A DNA stretch of 61,975 nt, filler included, from Clostridiaceae bacterium (GTDB lineage Bacteria > Bacillota > Clostridia > CAYPLH01 > DUMO01): assembly GCA_012839865.1 (NCBI GenBank). It is 8 parts of 8 records of this genome, joined end to end, with 100 filler letters (N's around TTAATTAATTAA, not from the genome) between each part and the next. Parts side by side here need not be neighbours in the genome. Positions count along the whole stretch, not along the records: positions 1 to 15,180 come from DUMO01000025.1; 7 more parts are not named here. One strand, written 5' to 3'. Both the position numbers and the translations under genes were made by a program. This document shows, in pieces, positions 1 to 11,417 of this stretch. The notes under the pieces are model-generated. The model was not told where the DNA came from. It ran no database searches and was given only the letters and a program-made list of their open reading frames with translations. Numbering within the stretch: position 1 is the stretch's first letter; each line of letters begins with the position of its first letter.

Positions 1-476
1 CGGTTAATCTGCTGGAACTTGTCATATTTCGATTTATAGACATGATAATTATCATCAAAAATGCCTAAATCAATTAAAGGTTGAATCGGCATGCCCTCTT
101 CCAAAATATATTTTTTATGAACATTATGGGAGAGAACTGTGTTGTTCTTCGATTCCGTTTCATGTTCATTTCTGAACAATTTCTTTTTCTTTGATATGCG
201 GTAAGAAATTGTTTTTCCGTTCAATATAATATTGATATCGGAAAAATACTGCTCTTCAAGCATCACCTGGACATTGCCAGCCAAATCATTATTTTCAATG
301 TTTGAATGAAATGCCTGATTATTGATTATTTTTTCAACCTGCCATTTTCTATTGTTTTTCAATAATATAGGTCTGACCGTTGCTTTTTGAACTTCGCCTT
401 TTGAATTGCTTAACACTATTTTAATAATTTCATCTTTACTAAGACTCGATAACTCCTGTATTATTTCATTATACAT
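1..476 (-). CDS. SAM-dependent methyltransferase family protein, N-terminal part (runs off window edge)
   Basis: Manual translation from ATG 476: MYNEIIQELSSLSKDEIIKIVLSN...ILEEGMPIQPLIDLGIF...KSKYDKFQQINR. The KYDKFxQINR motif is typical of this clostridial family. Not in the ORF track because it is open at the edge. Confidence 0.6.
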   Translation of the reverse strand, partial: MYNEIIQELSSLSKDEIIKIVLSNSKGEVQKATVRPILLKNNRKWQVEKIINNQAFHSNIENNDLAGNVQVMLEEQYFSDINIILNGKTISYRISKKKKLFRNEHETESKNNTVLSHNVHKKYILEEGMPIQPLIDLGIFDDNYHVYKSKYDKFQQIN

Positions 477-695
477 AATAATAACCTTTCATATTATGAA
501 ACAACGTACCTGACTCACCTTGTCCCATTCAATTCATCACATATTATATCAATATTCTACATGAATATACAGTCCTTCTTTTATTCTCCTTGCTGTCGAT
601 TTTTCCCTCAAAAAAACAAAGCTGTTTTCTTACCTTAAAGGCAGAAATCAGCTCAGTACTCAGATATTTAACTTATCTAAAATTTCGAGTATTTT

Positions 696-1208
696 TTACA
701 CGTATTGGACTTCCAGTAAATCAGCCGGTCCTGTTAAGTAAACTTCGTTTGTACGTCTGTCTGGCTCAACCTGAAACACATTTTCGCCCATGTAAACCTT
801 TGCTTTATCAGTTAATATTTTATGGAGCATAATGGCTGTTACTCCTGAAACACAAACAGCTTCCGCTGTAAAGTCGCTTTCGCCCTTCTCCAGATGCCAA
901 AGACGTGCTTTAATAGCTTCCCTGGTCAGTACCTGTATGAAAACAATGTTTGCTCCCTTCGGAAACAGGCTGTGTGTACCAAGGGCAGGCCCTGCTTTCT
1001 GAACATCCACAGAGTCAACATCATCTACGAACACAGCGCCATGAGGAGATCCAAAAGAAATTGCCGTAACTTTGTAACACTTGCTGTTCACTATAAACGG
1101 AACGTTAATGCAATTCGGTGTGGATTTATGTTTCACCGGAATGAGGCAGGGAATCAGGATAGGCTTCCCCAGATTAACGGTCTTAGTCCTGCATATTGTT
1201 GAATTCAT
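696..1208 (-). CDS. DapF (diaminopimelate epimerase)-like protein, C-terminal domain only, catalytic Cys motif lost
   Basis: SFGSPHGAVFVDDV, FPKGANIVF and VYLTGPA match the DapF C-domain. ERGxGETxACGTG is replaced by HLEKGESDFTAEA. Good RBS (GAGGAGGG). Confidence 0.7.
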   Translation of the reverse strand: MNSTICRTKTVNLGKPILIPCLIPVKHKSTPNCINVPFIVNSKCYKVTAISFGSPHGAVFVDDVDSVDVQKAGPALGTHSLFPKGANIVFIQVLTREAIKARLWHLEKGESDFTAEAVCVSGVTAIMLHKILTDKAKVYMGENVFQVEPDRRTNEVYLTGPADLLEVQYV

Positions 1209-1366
1209 TTCTTTCCCTCCTCGTATAATATATTTCGTATAATATCGTCTTTATTGTATTTTCATTCAATTTCCGTCCAACAGCCGGAAGCTTTGTAATA
1301 ATATCATATGAAATTTTTCCGGATTCATTTACAGTTCAGGTCCTGACATTTAACCACCGGATTAAA

Positions 1367-2826
<1,460 letters not shown>

Positions 2827-2870
2827 TATAGCATTTTTTTGTTTTTTCAGGTTAAGCACTTCTAATACAT

Positions 2871-3440
2871 TCAATTGCCATAAGTTCTTAATATTTCCTC
2901 TGCGACCTTTCTTCGCGTCGTACGCATATCCATCGCCTTTTTTTCAATGTATTTGTGTGCCTCCACCTCCGTTAATGAAAAAAGCGAAACCAAAACAACC
3001 TTGGCCCTGTCGATAATCCGAATATCTTCTATTTTTTGAATTAGTTTTGTGTTCTCGTTATGTAGTGCTTTAATCTTTTTATGTGTCGCAATGGCCAGTT
3101 TCAAGGCATTCCAAAATAGAGATTTGCTTATGGGTTTTGCTATTGTAATAACACCATATTCTTCAACTTTTTCTGAAATTTCATCGTATAGTTCTGCTTT
3201 CACTATTAAAATCACCACACTGATACCTTTTGAGGCAATGTTCAACGCAAGTCTGTCACCAAACTCATCCGGCAAGGGTGCATTGACAATATATAAATCG
3301 AAGTCTTTTTCCACCATCATTCTTCTTGCTTTCCCGCCGTTGGATATGGTGGTGATATTCGTGACTGACGCCTGCATCAATATCTCTGTTAAACTTTCAA
3401 CAATCTTGGGCGCATATGATATAATAAGTGCACTGTCCAT
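2871..3440 (-). CDS. ANTAR-domain antiterminator with pseudo-receiver N-terminus (NitR/NasT/AmiR-like)
   Basis: C-terminal IDRAKVVL...EVEAHKYIEKKAMDMRTTRRKVAEEIL is an ANTAR domain. The receiver has DLYIVNAP where the phospho-acceptor Asp is expected. Confidence 0.9.
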   Translation of the reverse strand: MDSALIISYAPKIVESLTEILMQASVTNITTISNGGKARRMMVEKDFDLYIVNAPLPDEFGDRLALNIASKGISVVILIVKAELYDEISEKVEEYGVITIAKPISKSLFWNALKLAIATHKKIKALHNENTKLIQKIEDIRIIDRAKVVLVSLFSLTEVEAHKYIEKKAMDMRTTRRKVAEEILRTYGN

Positions 3441-3485
3441 TGCGTTTCACCTTTTACTTGAATTAAACTGTCAACGGGTATTCTG

Positions 3486-4805
3486 TTAATACACTTTAAA
3501 ATAATTCTCCAGATAAAATTTTCTCTTGTCGGCAGCCCGGTTGAAGTTTTGCAATTCAATGGTTTTCAGATTTATAAAGCTCTCAAGGACCTGTTCATTC
3601 ATTATGTTTTTTATGAAGTCTGATTTTTCAACAAGTCTCAAAGCGTGTCCCAGATTTTCCGGCAGGCGTGGCAAAGTGCCAATTATGCTTTCGTCAGCTT
3701 CATAAAGGTCCACATTTATACTTTCAGGCAACGTCAGGTTGTTCTCTATACCAAAAAAACCTGCAGCAAGCACAACTGCAAAAGCAAGATATGGATTTGC
3801 TGCAGGATCAGGGGATCTGAGTTCCATGCGCATTCTTTCGTCATGGGCGGCAGGAATGCGAATCAACTGTGAACGGTTGCCATGTGACCAGGAAACATAC
3901 TTAGGCGCTTCATTGGCCCCAAGCCGCTCGTAAGAATTTGGTATGGGATTTAAAAATGCGGATATTTCCAGTATCTTCTGAAGCACGCCTGCAACAAATG
4001 ATTCAGATACTTTTGAGTGTTCCTTTCCGCCCAGCCTGAACACGTTTTGTCCGTTCTGCATAAGGGATATGTTTATATGAAGGCCGCTTCCGCTTTTCTC
4101 AGGCAGCGGTTTGGGAGAAAAAGAAGCAAACAGCCCGTTTCTTGCCGCAATGCTTTTTACCACCTGTTTGAAGGTAATCAGGTTATCCGCGCTGTTAACA
4201 GCATCAGAAAACTTGAAGTCTATTTCGTTTTGTCCGGGTCCCCTTTCGTGATGGGATGTTTCAGGCCTGATTCCCATTTCCTCCAGGCAGAGGCAAACCT
4301 CACGCCTGATATTTTCGCCCTTGTCAAGAGGATAGACATTCAAATATCCGCCATTATCGAATGGAATGGTTGTGGGTTCACCATTTTCATTTGTTATAAA
4401 CAGGTAAAACTCGCACTCGGCACCAATCATGCACGAATACCCTGTTTTCCTGGTTTTGTTTACAACAGATTTGAGAATCTCCCTGGTATCCCCCCAGAAA
4501 ACACTACCGTCGGGATTTCTGATACTGCAGTAAAAACGCACCACCCTGCCCTGTTGGGGGCGCCAGGGCAAAACAGATAATGTCGTCGGGTCGGGTACTA
4601 AAAATAAATCTGATTTTGTTATATCTGTAAAGCCATTTACTGCGTGTGCATCAAATGGAATTCCATGCTCGAAGGCACGGGGCAATTCATCCGGCATTAT
4701 CGAAATGTTCTTTTGCTCACCTAACAAATCGCAAAAGGAAAGACGGATAAATTTTACATCGTTTTCTTTGACAAATTCCAAAACCTCTTCGATTGTGGTT
4801 CTCAT
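3486..4805 (-). CDS. glnA: Glutamine synthetase type I family protein (divergent)
   Basis: IGAECEFYLF, HHERGPGQNEID, PKP...SGSGLH, NRSQLIRIP, ELRSPDPAANPYL. Confidence 0.85.
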   Translation of the reverse strand: MRTTIEEVLEFVKENDVKFIRLSFCDLLGEQKNISIMPDELPRAFEHGIPFDAHAVNGFTDITKSDLFLVPDPTTLSVLPWRPQQGRVVRFYCSIRNPDGSVFWGDTREILKSVVNKTRKTGYSCMIGAECEFYLFITNENGEPTTIPFDNGGYLNVYPLDKGENIRREVCLCLEEMGIRPETSHHERGPGQNEIDFKFSDAVNSADNLITFKQVVKSIAARNGLFASFSPKPLPEKSGSGLHINISLMQNGQNVFRLGGKEHSKVSESFVAGVLQKILEISAFLNPIPNSYERLGANEAPKYVSWSHGNRSQLIRIPAAHDERMRMELRSPDPAANPYLAFAVVLAAGFFGIENNLTLPESINVDLYEADESIIGTLPRLPENLGHALRLVEKSDFIKNIMNEQVLESFINLKTIELQNFNRAADKRKFYLENYFKVY

Positions 4806-4834
4806 TCATCAACCCTCCAATTTTGTTTGTTTCC

Positions 4835-4863
4835 ATTTTATATAAACAAAAGACCCATGTCAA
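4835..4863 (-). promoter_or_regulatory. sigmaA promoter for glnA-ANTAR
   Basis: TTGACA(4863-4858)-N17-TAAAAT(4840-4835), short leader with no hairpin. Confidence 0.65.
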
Positions 4864-4958
4864 ATCCCAATCCTGACCAAACCCTTGTCTCATCAGTCCT
4901 TTGGCTCTCTTCCAATTCCTTTGGTGCCTTTAACCTGGGTTCTTCGCAACCGCAGGTT

Positions 4959-6491
4959 TCATTCCCACTCGATTGTCGCCGGCGGCTTGGAGGTAATATC
5001 GTATACAACGCGATTGACGCTTTCCACCTCATTAACAATTCTTCTTGAAATTTTGCCCAGGACCTCATAAGGAATTCTTGCCCAGTCGGCAGTCATTGCA
5101 TCAGAACTGGTTATGGCACGGACAGCAACTGTATGGGCATAGGTTCTTTCATCCCCCATAACACCGACACTTTTAACGTTAAGCAGCACCGCAAAGTACT
5201 GCCAGATATCTCTTTCCATTCCTGCTTGCATGATTTCCTCGCGAACAATGGCATCTGCATCTCTGACAATCGTCAGCTTGTCTATTGTAATCTCACCCAA
5301 TATCCGGACCGCCAGACCGGGACCCGGGAAAGGCTGCCGCCACACAATTTCGTCAGGCAAGCCCAGCTCAGAACCCACTGCTCTTACCTCGTCCTTAAAC
5401 AAATATCTTAATGGTTCAATCAGTTGGAACCTCATATCCTCCGGCAGCCCGCCGACATTGTGGTGGCTCTTGATAACTGCAGCGGTATCCGTTCCGCTTT
5501 CAATAATATCCGGATACAGGGTTCCCTGGACCAGAAAGTCTATTTCACCTATTTTTCTTGCTTCTTCCTCAAATACGCGGATAAATTCCTCTCCTATGAT
5601 CTTTCTTTTCTTCTCCGGGTCAAGAACTCCCTTAAGCTTGCTTAAAAAACGTTCATCCGCATTGACTCTTATGAAATTGATTTTAAATTTATTCTTAAAT
5701 ATCTCTTCAACCCAGTCCCCTTCATTTTTTCTCAGCAATCCATGATCTACAAAGATACAGGTCAGATTACTGCCTATAGCTTTATGCACCAGCACAGCCG
5801 CCACAGAAGAATCCACACCGCCGGACAGGGCGCATAATACCTTTTTATCTCCCACCTTTTCACGAATGGCCTGGATTTCTTTCTCTATGTAGTTCTTCAT
5901 TGTCCAGCTTCCTGTGCAACGGCATACCTCATACAAGAAATTTCTTATGATTTCCCTTCCTTTTTCAGTATGCTCCACCTCCGGGTGGAACTGAACCGCA
6001 TAATGCTTGTTAGTTGCATCTTCCATTGCAGCTACCGGACAATCATCAGTGGAGGCGGTAACCAGAAAGCCCTCCGGCATCTTCTCTATAAAATCCGTAT
6101 GGCTCATCCAGCAGACGGAATCCTGTGGTATAGCCTTAAATAATAAAGATGCGTTATTAATCTTGATCGCTGTTTTTCCGTATTCTCGATTTTTTGCTCT
6201 CCCAACCTTTCCACCAAGGGTTTCAGCCATAAGCTGACCTCCATAGCAGATACCCAGAATCGGTATGCCCAGCCTGAAAATCTCCTTATCGCATTTTGGC
6301 GCATTATCCGCATACACACTGGCAGGTCCGCCGGTAAAGACAATTCCTTTAGGGTTTTTCTCCTTTACCTCCCTGGCGGAGATTTTATAAGGTACAACCT
6401 CGCAATATACATTAAATTCCCTGATTCTTCTTGCAATCAGCTGATTGTATTGTCCGCCAAAGTCTAATATCAATATAAGTTCGTTATTCAT
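4959..6491 (-). CDS. guaA: GMP synthase (glutamine-hydrolysing)
   Basis: [43 protein letters not shown]. Confidence 0.97.
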   Translation of the reverse strand: MNNELILILDFGGQYNQLIARRIREFNVYCEVVPYKISAREVKEKNPKGIVFTGGPASVYADNAPKCDKEIFRLGIPILGICYGGQLMAETLGGKVGRAKNREYGKTAIKINNASLLFKAIPQDSVCWMSHTDFIEKMPEGFLVTASTDDCPVAAMEDATNKHYAVQFHPEVEHTEKGREIIRNFLYEVCRCTGSWTMKNYIEKEIQAIREKVGDKKVLCALSGGVDSSVAAVLVHKAIGSNLTCIFVDHGLLRKNEGDWVEEIFKNKFKINFIRVNADERFLSKLKGVLDPEKKRKIIGEEFIRVFEEEARKIGEIDFLVQGTLYPDIIESGTDTAAVIKSHHNVGGLPEDMRFQLIEPLRYLFKDEVRAVGSELGLPDEIVWRQPFPGPGLAVRILGEITIDKLTIVRDADAIVREEIMQAGMERDIWQYFAVLLNVKSVGVMGDERTYAHTVAVRAITSSDAMTADWARIPYEVLGKISRRIVNEVESVNRVVYDITSKPPATIEWE

Positions 6492-6605
6492 CTTTTCTTC
6501 CTTTCAAGCCAAATCCTTCACATATTGTTTCAACAAGTCTGCTGTCTTTGCTGTCCGCTCATATCCACCCATATACTATTTCCGCAAGACTGTTATTTCT
6601 TCCCG

Positions 6606-7619
6606 TTACTTGCTCTCAAATACTTTCTTGTTGCCAACCATTGGTACCTCCATGGGATATTCACCCTGGAAACAGGCCAGGCAAAGATGCTCCGCCCTCC
6701 TGCCTGTTGACCTGACAAGCCCTTCAATGCTGAGATAGCCCAGACTGTCAGCACCTATTGCCACCCTTATTTGCTCTATGGTTTTCACCGCTCCTATCAG
6801 TTGTTCCCTGTCCGGTGTATCTATGCCAAAATGACAGCAATGGACTACCGGTGGAGAGCTGATTCTAAGATGAACCTCCCTGGCTCCCGCCATCCTCAAC
6901 ATGCTGACGATTTGCCTGCCAGTGGTTCCTCTAACAATGGAATCGTCAATCATGACAATCCTTTTGCCTGAAACATTGCATCTTACGGGGTTCAGCTTGA
7001 GCCTTACGGATGTTTCCCTGAGCTCCTGCTCCGGCTGAATAAAGGTTCTGCCAACATATCTGTTTTTTACCAGCCCTTCACCAAAGGGTATGCCAGAAGC
7101 CTCTGCATAACCCATGGCCGCAGGAATTGAAGTGTCCGGTACTGCAATAACCATATCCGCCTCCACAGGATGCTCCTGTGCCAATATCTTTCCTGCGCTT
7201 TTTCTGGCTTCATAAACACTTGTACCGTCTATTACACTGTCCGAACGGGCAAAATAGATATATTCAAATATGCAGGAGGCTCTTCTGTTCCCTGCCTGCA
7301 CCTTTCTTGATTCAAGACCTGTCTTGTTTATGATTATGATTTCTCCCGGTTCCACATCCCTGACAAATTCAGCCCCTATTACATCCAGGGCACAGCTTTC
7401 AGAAGCCAGAACATAGCCATCCGCAAGCAGCCCCAGGCAAAGGGGCCTCAAACCATACGGGTCCCTCACGCCTATCAGGCAATCCCCCGTCATCACCACC
7501 AGGGCATAAGATCCTTTAATCATTTCCATGGTTCGCACTATGGAATTAATAATGCCTTCGCTGCTGAAACGGGAAATCAGGTTGACGATAACCTCGGAAT
7601 CTATAGTCGTTTGAAAAAA
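6606..7619 (-). pseudogene. purF: Amidophosphoribosyltransferase lacking its N-terminal part (including catalytic Cys1)
   Basis: Homology starts abruptly at FQTTIDSEV. RDPYGLRPL, CIFEYIYFARSDS and VMIDDSIVRGTT are present, but there is no N-terminal CGIVG motif, RBS or start. Confidence 0.85.
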
Positions 7620-8646
7620 CAGGTATTTTTTCCATGTACGACAACACATCCAGCTTTGTTAGGGCAATTTCATTTGCTCCCTGGACTTTTATACCGTAGC
7701 GTGAGGCGGGAATATCAAAAGCTCCCACCCTGCGGGGTCTTCCGGTTGCTGCGCCATACTCGCCTCCCGCTTCCCGCAGCCTGTTGCCTTCCTCTCCAAA
7801 AAGCTCCGCAACGAAGGGACCTTCACCAACACAACTGGAATAAGCCTTCATTATTCCTATGACGTTATCAAGTTTCAAACCCGGAATGCCTGCCCCTATG
7901 GTCGCAAAAGTGGCAAGTGTAGTTGATGAGGTTGTGTAAGGATAAATCCCGTAGTCTATATCCCTCAACGCTCCAAGCTGCGCCTCAAACAGTATGTTTC
8001 TGGATTCATTGACCGCATTCTCAAGGTAATCCGAAACATCACATATAAAGGGTATGAGAGGCTCACCATTCATTTTAATCCACTTCAGCATCTCATCGAC
8101 ATCAATTGCCTGGTCGTGATAACCCCCATGAATCAGGAGATTTTTCCATTCGACAATACCTTGGAGCTTTTCCCCAAGAGTATCCGGATAAAGCAAATCG
8201 CCCATTCGTATGCCCTTTTTCATGTATTTGTCGGCATATACCGGGGCGATGCCACGCCTGGTGGAACCATATTTCTTGTCCCCCAACCGTTCCTCCTCCA
8301 GAATATCCTGGCATACATGATATGGAAAGCATATTGTTGCTCCATGACTTATTCTTAAATTTTCGGGAGTTATTCTTATTCCTTTTTCCGCAAGTCCCCT
8401 GATTTCCTTGCAAAGGTGCGCAATGTCAATAACCATGCCGGGACCCATGACATTTACGGTATTATGACGAAGAATTCCCGACGGAAGCAGGTTCAGTATG
8501 AATTTTCCTTTGTCGTTTACCACGGTATGCCCTGCATTGTTTCCTCCCTGATACCGTACTATGATATCATACTGCGAACCAAGCAGGTCCACCATTCTTC
8601 CCTTGCCTTCATCTCCCCAGTTTATTCCGACTATTGCCGTCAACAC
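7614..8646 (-). pseudogene. purA: Adenylosuccinate synthetase, 3'-truncated and fused out of frame onto purF
   Basis: GINWGDEGKG, GGNNAGHT, EYGAATGRPRRVG. Homology stops at TKLDVLSYMEKIPV and the remaining ORF is out-of-frame purF sequence. Confidence 0.85.
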
Positions 8647-8922
8647 GACTTAACCGCCTCCTTAAACTTCTTTGACTGGAAAACATTCCGGGACTCTTGT
8701 CCCGTCAATATGGTTCAACCGCCTTATTAAGCTTCCTTGACCGGATAACTTTCCGAAATTTTTGCCTGGTCAATATGGTTCAACTGCTTTCTAAAACTCG
8801 TATAACTGAAAACTTCCCGCAACTCTTGCCCGGCCAACATGGCTCAACCACTTTATTAAACCTGCCTTTCTGGAAACTTTCCAGAATCTTTGCCCGGTCA
8901 ATATGGCTCAATTGCTTGCTTA
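8647..8922. repeat. Degenerate tandem array, 4 full units plus one partial unit, period 64-65 bp
   Basis: Core TTGyCyGGyCAAyATGGyTCAA starts at 8697, 8762, 8826 and 8890. The array fills the purB-purA intergenic space. Confidence 0.85.
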
Positions 8923-10341
8923 AACATTAATCTCGGCTCCTTCGGTAACTATTTCTCCCCCGAAACGGTTCAAAATTTTTTTCGAATAGTTCTCAGCCTG
9001 TTCCTTTGCCATACCGGTGAATTTTTCCACATCGAGCAATTCATCCATTTCGGCCTGTGTTATGTTGAACCTGGCATCTTCCAGAATTCTTTGAATCAAA
9101 TTGTTCTTTATCCCTGTTTCCTTGATGTCCCTGGCGGTTGCTACTGCGATCTCCCTGATTGCCTCATGCAAAAGCTGCCTGTCGCCGCCCTTTTTCACAC
9201 AGTGCATCAGTATGTTTTCAGTCGCCATGAAGGGCAATTCCTCTTCAAGATGCTTTCTCATCATTTCAGGGTAGACCTTCATATTGCTTATCACATTCTT
9301 ATACAGGGTAAGTATGCTGTCTGCCGCAAGGAAGGCCTCCGGTATATATATGCGGCGTGCCGCCGAATCGTCAAGAGTACGCTCAAACCACTGGGTGGAT
9401 GCCGTCATGGCAGCGCCCTGGGCCAGTGAAATTACATGTCTTGAAAGCGAAGATATGCGCTCGCTTCGCATGGGATTCCGTTTGTATGCCATCGCGGACG
9501 AGCCAACCTGTTTCTCTTCAAAAGGTTCATCCACCTCTTTCAAGTGCGACATGAGACGAATGTCATTCGAAAACTTCCATGCACTCTGGGCAATGCCGGA
9601 AAGAACAGAAAGCACATTATAATCCAGCTTGCGGGGATAAGTTTGCCCGCTAACGTCAAAGATATCGTCAAAACCCATTTTCTGTGCAATCAGCCTTTCA
9701 AGCCGTGCAACCTTTTCGGTATCACCTTCGAAAAGTTCCAGAAAACTTGCCGCAGTACCTGTGGCACCCCTGCATCCCAGCATCTTGATTTGAGACATCA
9801 CAGATAGGAGGGTGTCCATATCACTGACCAGGTCCTGCAGCCACAAGGTTGCGCGCTTGCCGAGGGTAGTGGGCTGTGCAGGCTGAAAATGTGTGTATGC
9901 AAGGGTCGGGAGTGATTTATATGTCAATGCGAAGCGGGCCAGCTCAAGTATGACTCCTGCAAGAGACGACTTAATCTGAACAAGGGCTTCCTTCATAAGT
10001 ATCAAATCGGTGTTGTCCCCCACATAGCTTGAAGTCGCTCCAAGATGAATGATTGGCTTTGCTTCCGGGCACTGGACACCATAAGCATAGATATGGGCCA
10101 TCACATCGTGGCGTACCTCTTTTTCACGCTGCTCCGCAACTTCATAATTTATGTCATAGATATGTTCCTTCATAGCTTCAATCTGCCGGTCGGAAATATC
10201 AAGGCCAGGTTCCTTCTGGCTTTCAGCAAGGGAAACCCAAAGTTTTCTCCAGGTGGAGAACTTCCTGTCGGGAGAGAATATTTCCTGCATTCTTCTACTT
10301 GCGTATCTTTCACAAAGCGGGTTTTCATATCTGTTGCGCAT
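8920..10341 (-). CDS. purB: Adenylosuccinate lyase
   Basis: HLGATS, THFQPAQPTTLGKR, GSSAMAYKRNPMRSERI. Start set at ATG 10341 behind GGAGG. Confidence 0.95.
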   Translation of the reverse strand: MRNRYENPLCERYASRRMQEIFSPDRKFSTWRKLWVSLAESQKEPGLDISDRQIEAMKEHIYDINYEVAEQREKEVRHDVMAHIYAYGVQCPEAKPIIHLGATSSYVGDNTDLILMKEALVQIKSSLAGVILELARFALTYKSLPTLAYTHFQPAQPTTLGKRATLWLQDLVSDMDTLLSVMSQIKMLGCRGATGTAASFLELFEGDTEKVARLERLIAQKMGFDDIFDVSGQTYPRKLDYNVLSVLSGIAQSAWKFSNDIRLMSHLKEVDEPFEEKQVGSSAMAYKRNPMRSERISSLSRHVISLAQGAAMTASTQWFERTLDDSAARRIYIPEAFLAADSILTLYKNVISNMKVYPEMMRKHLEEELPFMATENILMHCVKKGGDRQLLHEAIREIAVATARDIKETGIKNNLIQRILEDARFNITQAEMDELLDVEKFTGMAKEQAENYSKKILNRFGGEIVTEGAEINV

Positions 10342-10388
10342 ATTCAAGCCCCCTCCTTGCCCATGGCCTGTAATCAAATTCATCGTTT

Positions 10389-11102
10389 TCAATTCTGTAG
10401 CACATTTTTAAGCCTCCTCAGAACTTCCCTGTATGCACCTGCCAAATCCCCAAGATCCCGGCGGAAAAGGTCCTTGTCCAGCTTGCTGCCTGTGGATTTA
10501 TCCCAAAAGCGGCATGAATCCGGCGATATTTCGTCTGCAAGAATGATCCTGCCATCATGCCTTCCAAATTCAAGTTTGAAGTCCACCAGGACGATTCCAC
10601 ATTTGTCAAACAAAGAAGACAAAAGGGTGTTGATGCGAAGTGCCATATTTTTAAGAATCTCCAGATCTTGCTTGGCTGCTATCCCTATAGCGGTTATCTG
10701 GCTCTCGTTCATCATCGGGTCGCCATATTCGTCACTTTTTAAACAGAATTCCATGACCGTGTTTTTCAATGGTGTACCTTCGGGAACACCATATTTTTTT
10801 GAAAATCCGCCTGCGGCAATATTTCGGACAATCACTTCCACATTGATGATGTCAACCTTCTTAACCAACATTCTGGTAGCATCAAGCATTTTTACAAAGT
10901 GTGTCTCAATCCCGTTTTTCTCAAGATATTGGTATAGAATAGAAGATATTTCAGCGTTGAGAACCCCTTTGCCCTCAATTTCCGCTTTTTTGGCGCCATT
11001 TCCTGCCGTGGCTGAATCCCTGTATTCCAATATGCATGTTTGATTGTCATCGCCTGCATATATTGTTTTTGACTTGCCTTTATATAACAGTTCACTTTCC
11101 AT
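10389..11102 (-). CDS. purC: SAICAR synthetase
   Basis: LYKGKSK, EVIVRNIAAG, LVDFKLEFGR, LADEISPDSCRFWD, DKDLFRRDLG. Confidence 0.96.
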   Translation of the reverse strand: MESELLYKGKSKTIYAGDDNQTCILEYRDSATAGNGAKKAEIEGKGVLNAEISSILYQYLEKNGIETHFVKMLDATRMLVKKVDIINVEVIVRNIAAGGFSKKYGVPEGTPLKNTVMEFCLKSDEYGDPMMNESQITAIGIAAKQDLEILKNMALRINTLLSSLFDKCGIVLVDFKLEFGRHDGRIILADEISPDSCRFWDKSTGSKLDKDLFRRDLGDLAGAYREVLRRLKNVLQN

Positions 11103-11215
11103 ATTCAATCCTCCGCTTGTATTTAATATGCTTCCCGGACATATTTTGCCTTTTAATTGAAAAATTAGTCACTATAACATTCATTCAAATGAATCCTCAG
11201 GCTGCCATTAAAAAT

Positions 11216-11334
11216 AAAAAAGGCGCTCATTATACCATCCATCGCCGCTTTTTCTCAAAGTGACATATGTATGGAATAATGAACGCCCTTGTTCACCTGC
11301 GTAAATTATATTGTTTGGACAGCATGTTTGTCAA
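11216..11334 (-). promoter_or_regulatory. pur operon sigmaA promoter plus ANTAR-type hairpin/terminator leader
   Basis: TTGACA(11334-11329)-N18-TATAAT(11310-11305). Hairpin TGAAC-AAGGGC-GTTCA (11295-11280). Terminator GGCGTTCATTAT...ATAATGAGCGCC followed by a U-tract. Confidence 0.75.
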
Positions 11335-11417
11335 TAATTTTTTCAGGAACCTTTACCAGGGCAAAATGCCTGCCGCTGTTCAGACACAGCCTGCCACAAA
11401 TGAATCGTATGCCGTGT

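Noticed and set aside
4864..4958. Four AAnGG pentamers between guaA and glnA as further ANTAR sites
   Set aside because: None is closed by a convincing stem, and they lie upstream of the glnA promoter.
8647..8922. Repeat array as a CRISPR
   Set aside because: Almost the whole unit is similar between copies, the variable part is only about 10-15 nt, the repeats are degenerate and no cas genes are present.
10045..11043. Long plus-strand ORFs opposite purB/purC and similar antisense ORFs elsewhere (e.g. 44018-44788)
   Set aside because: Antisense shadows of well-supported genes with no motifs or RBS.
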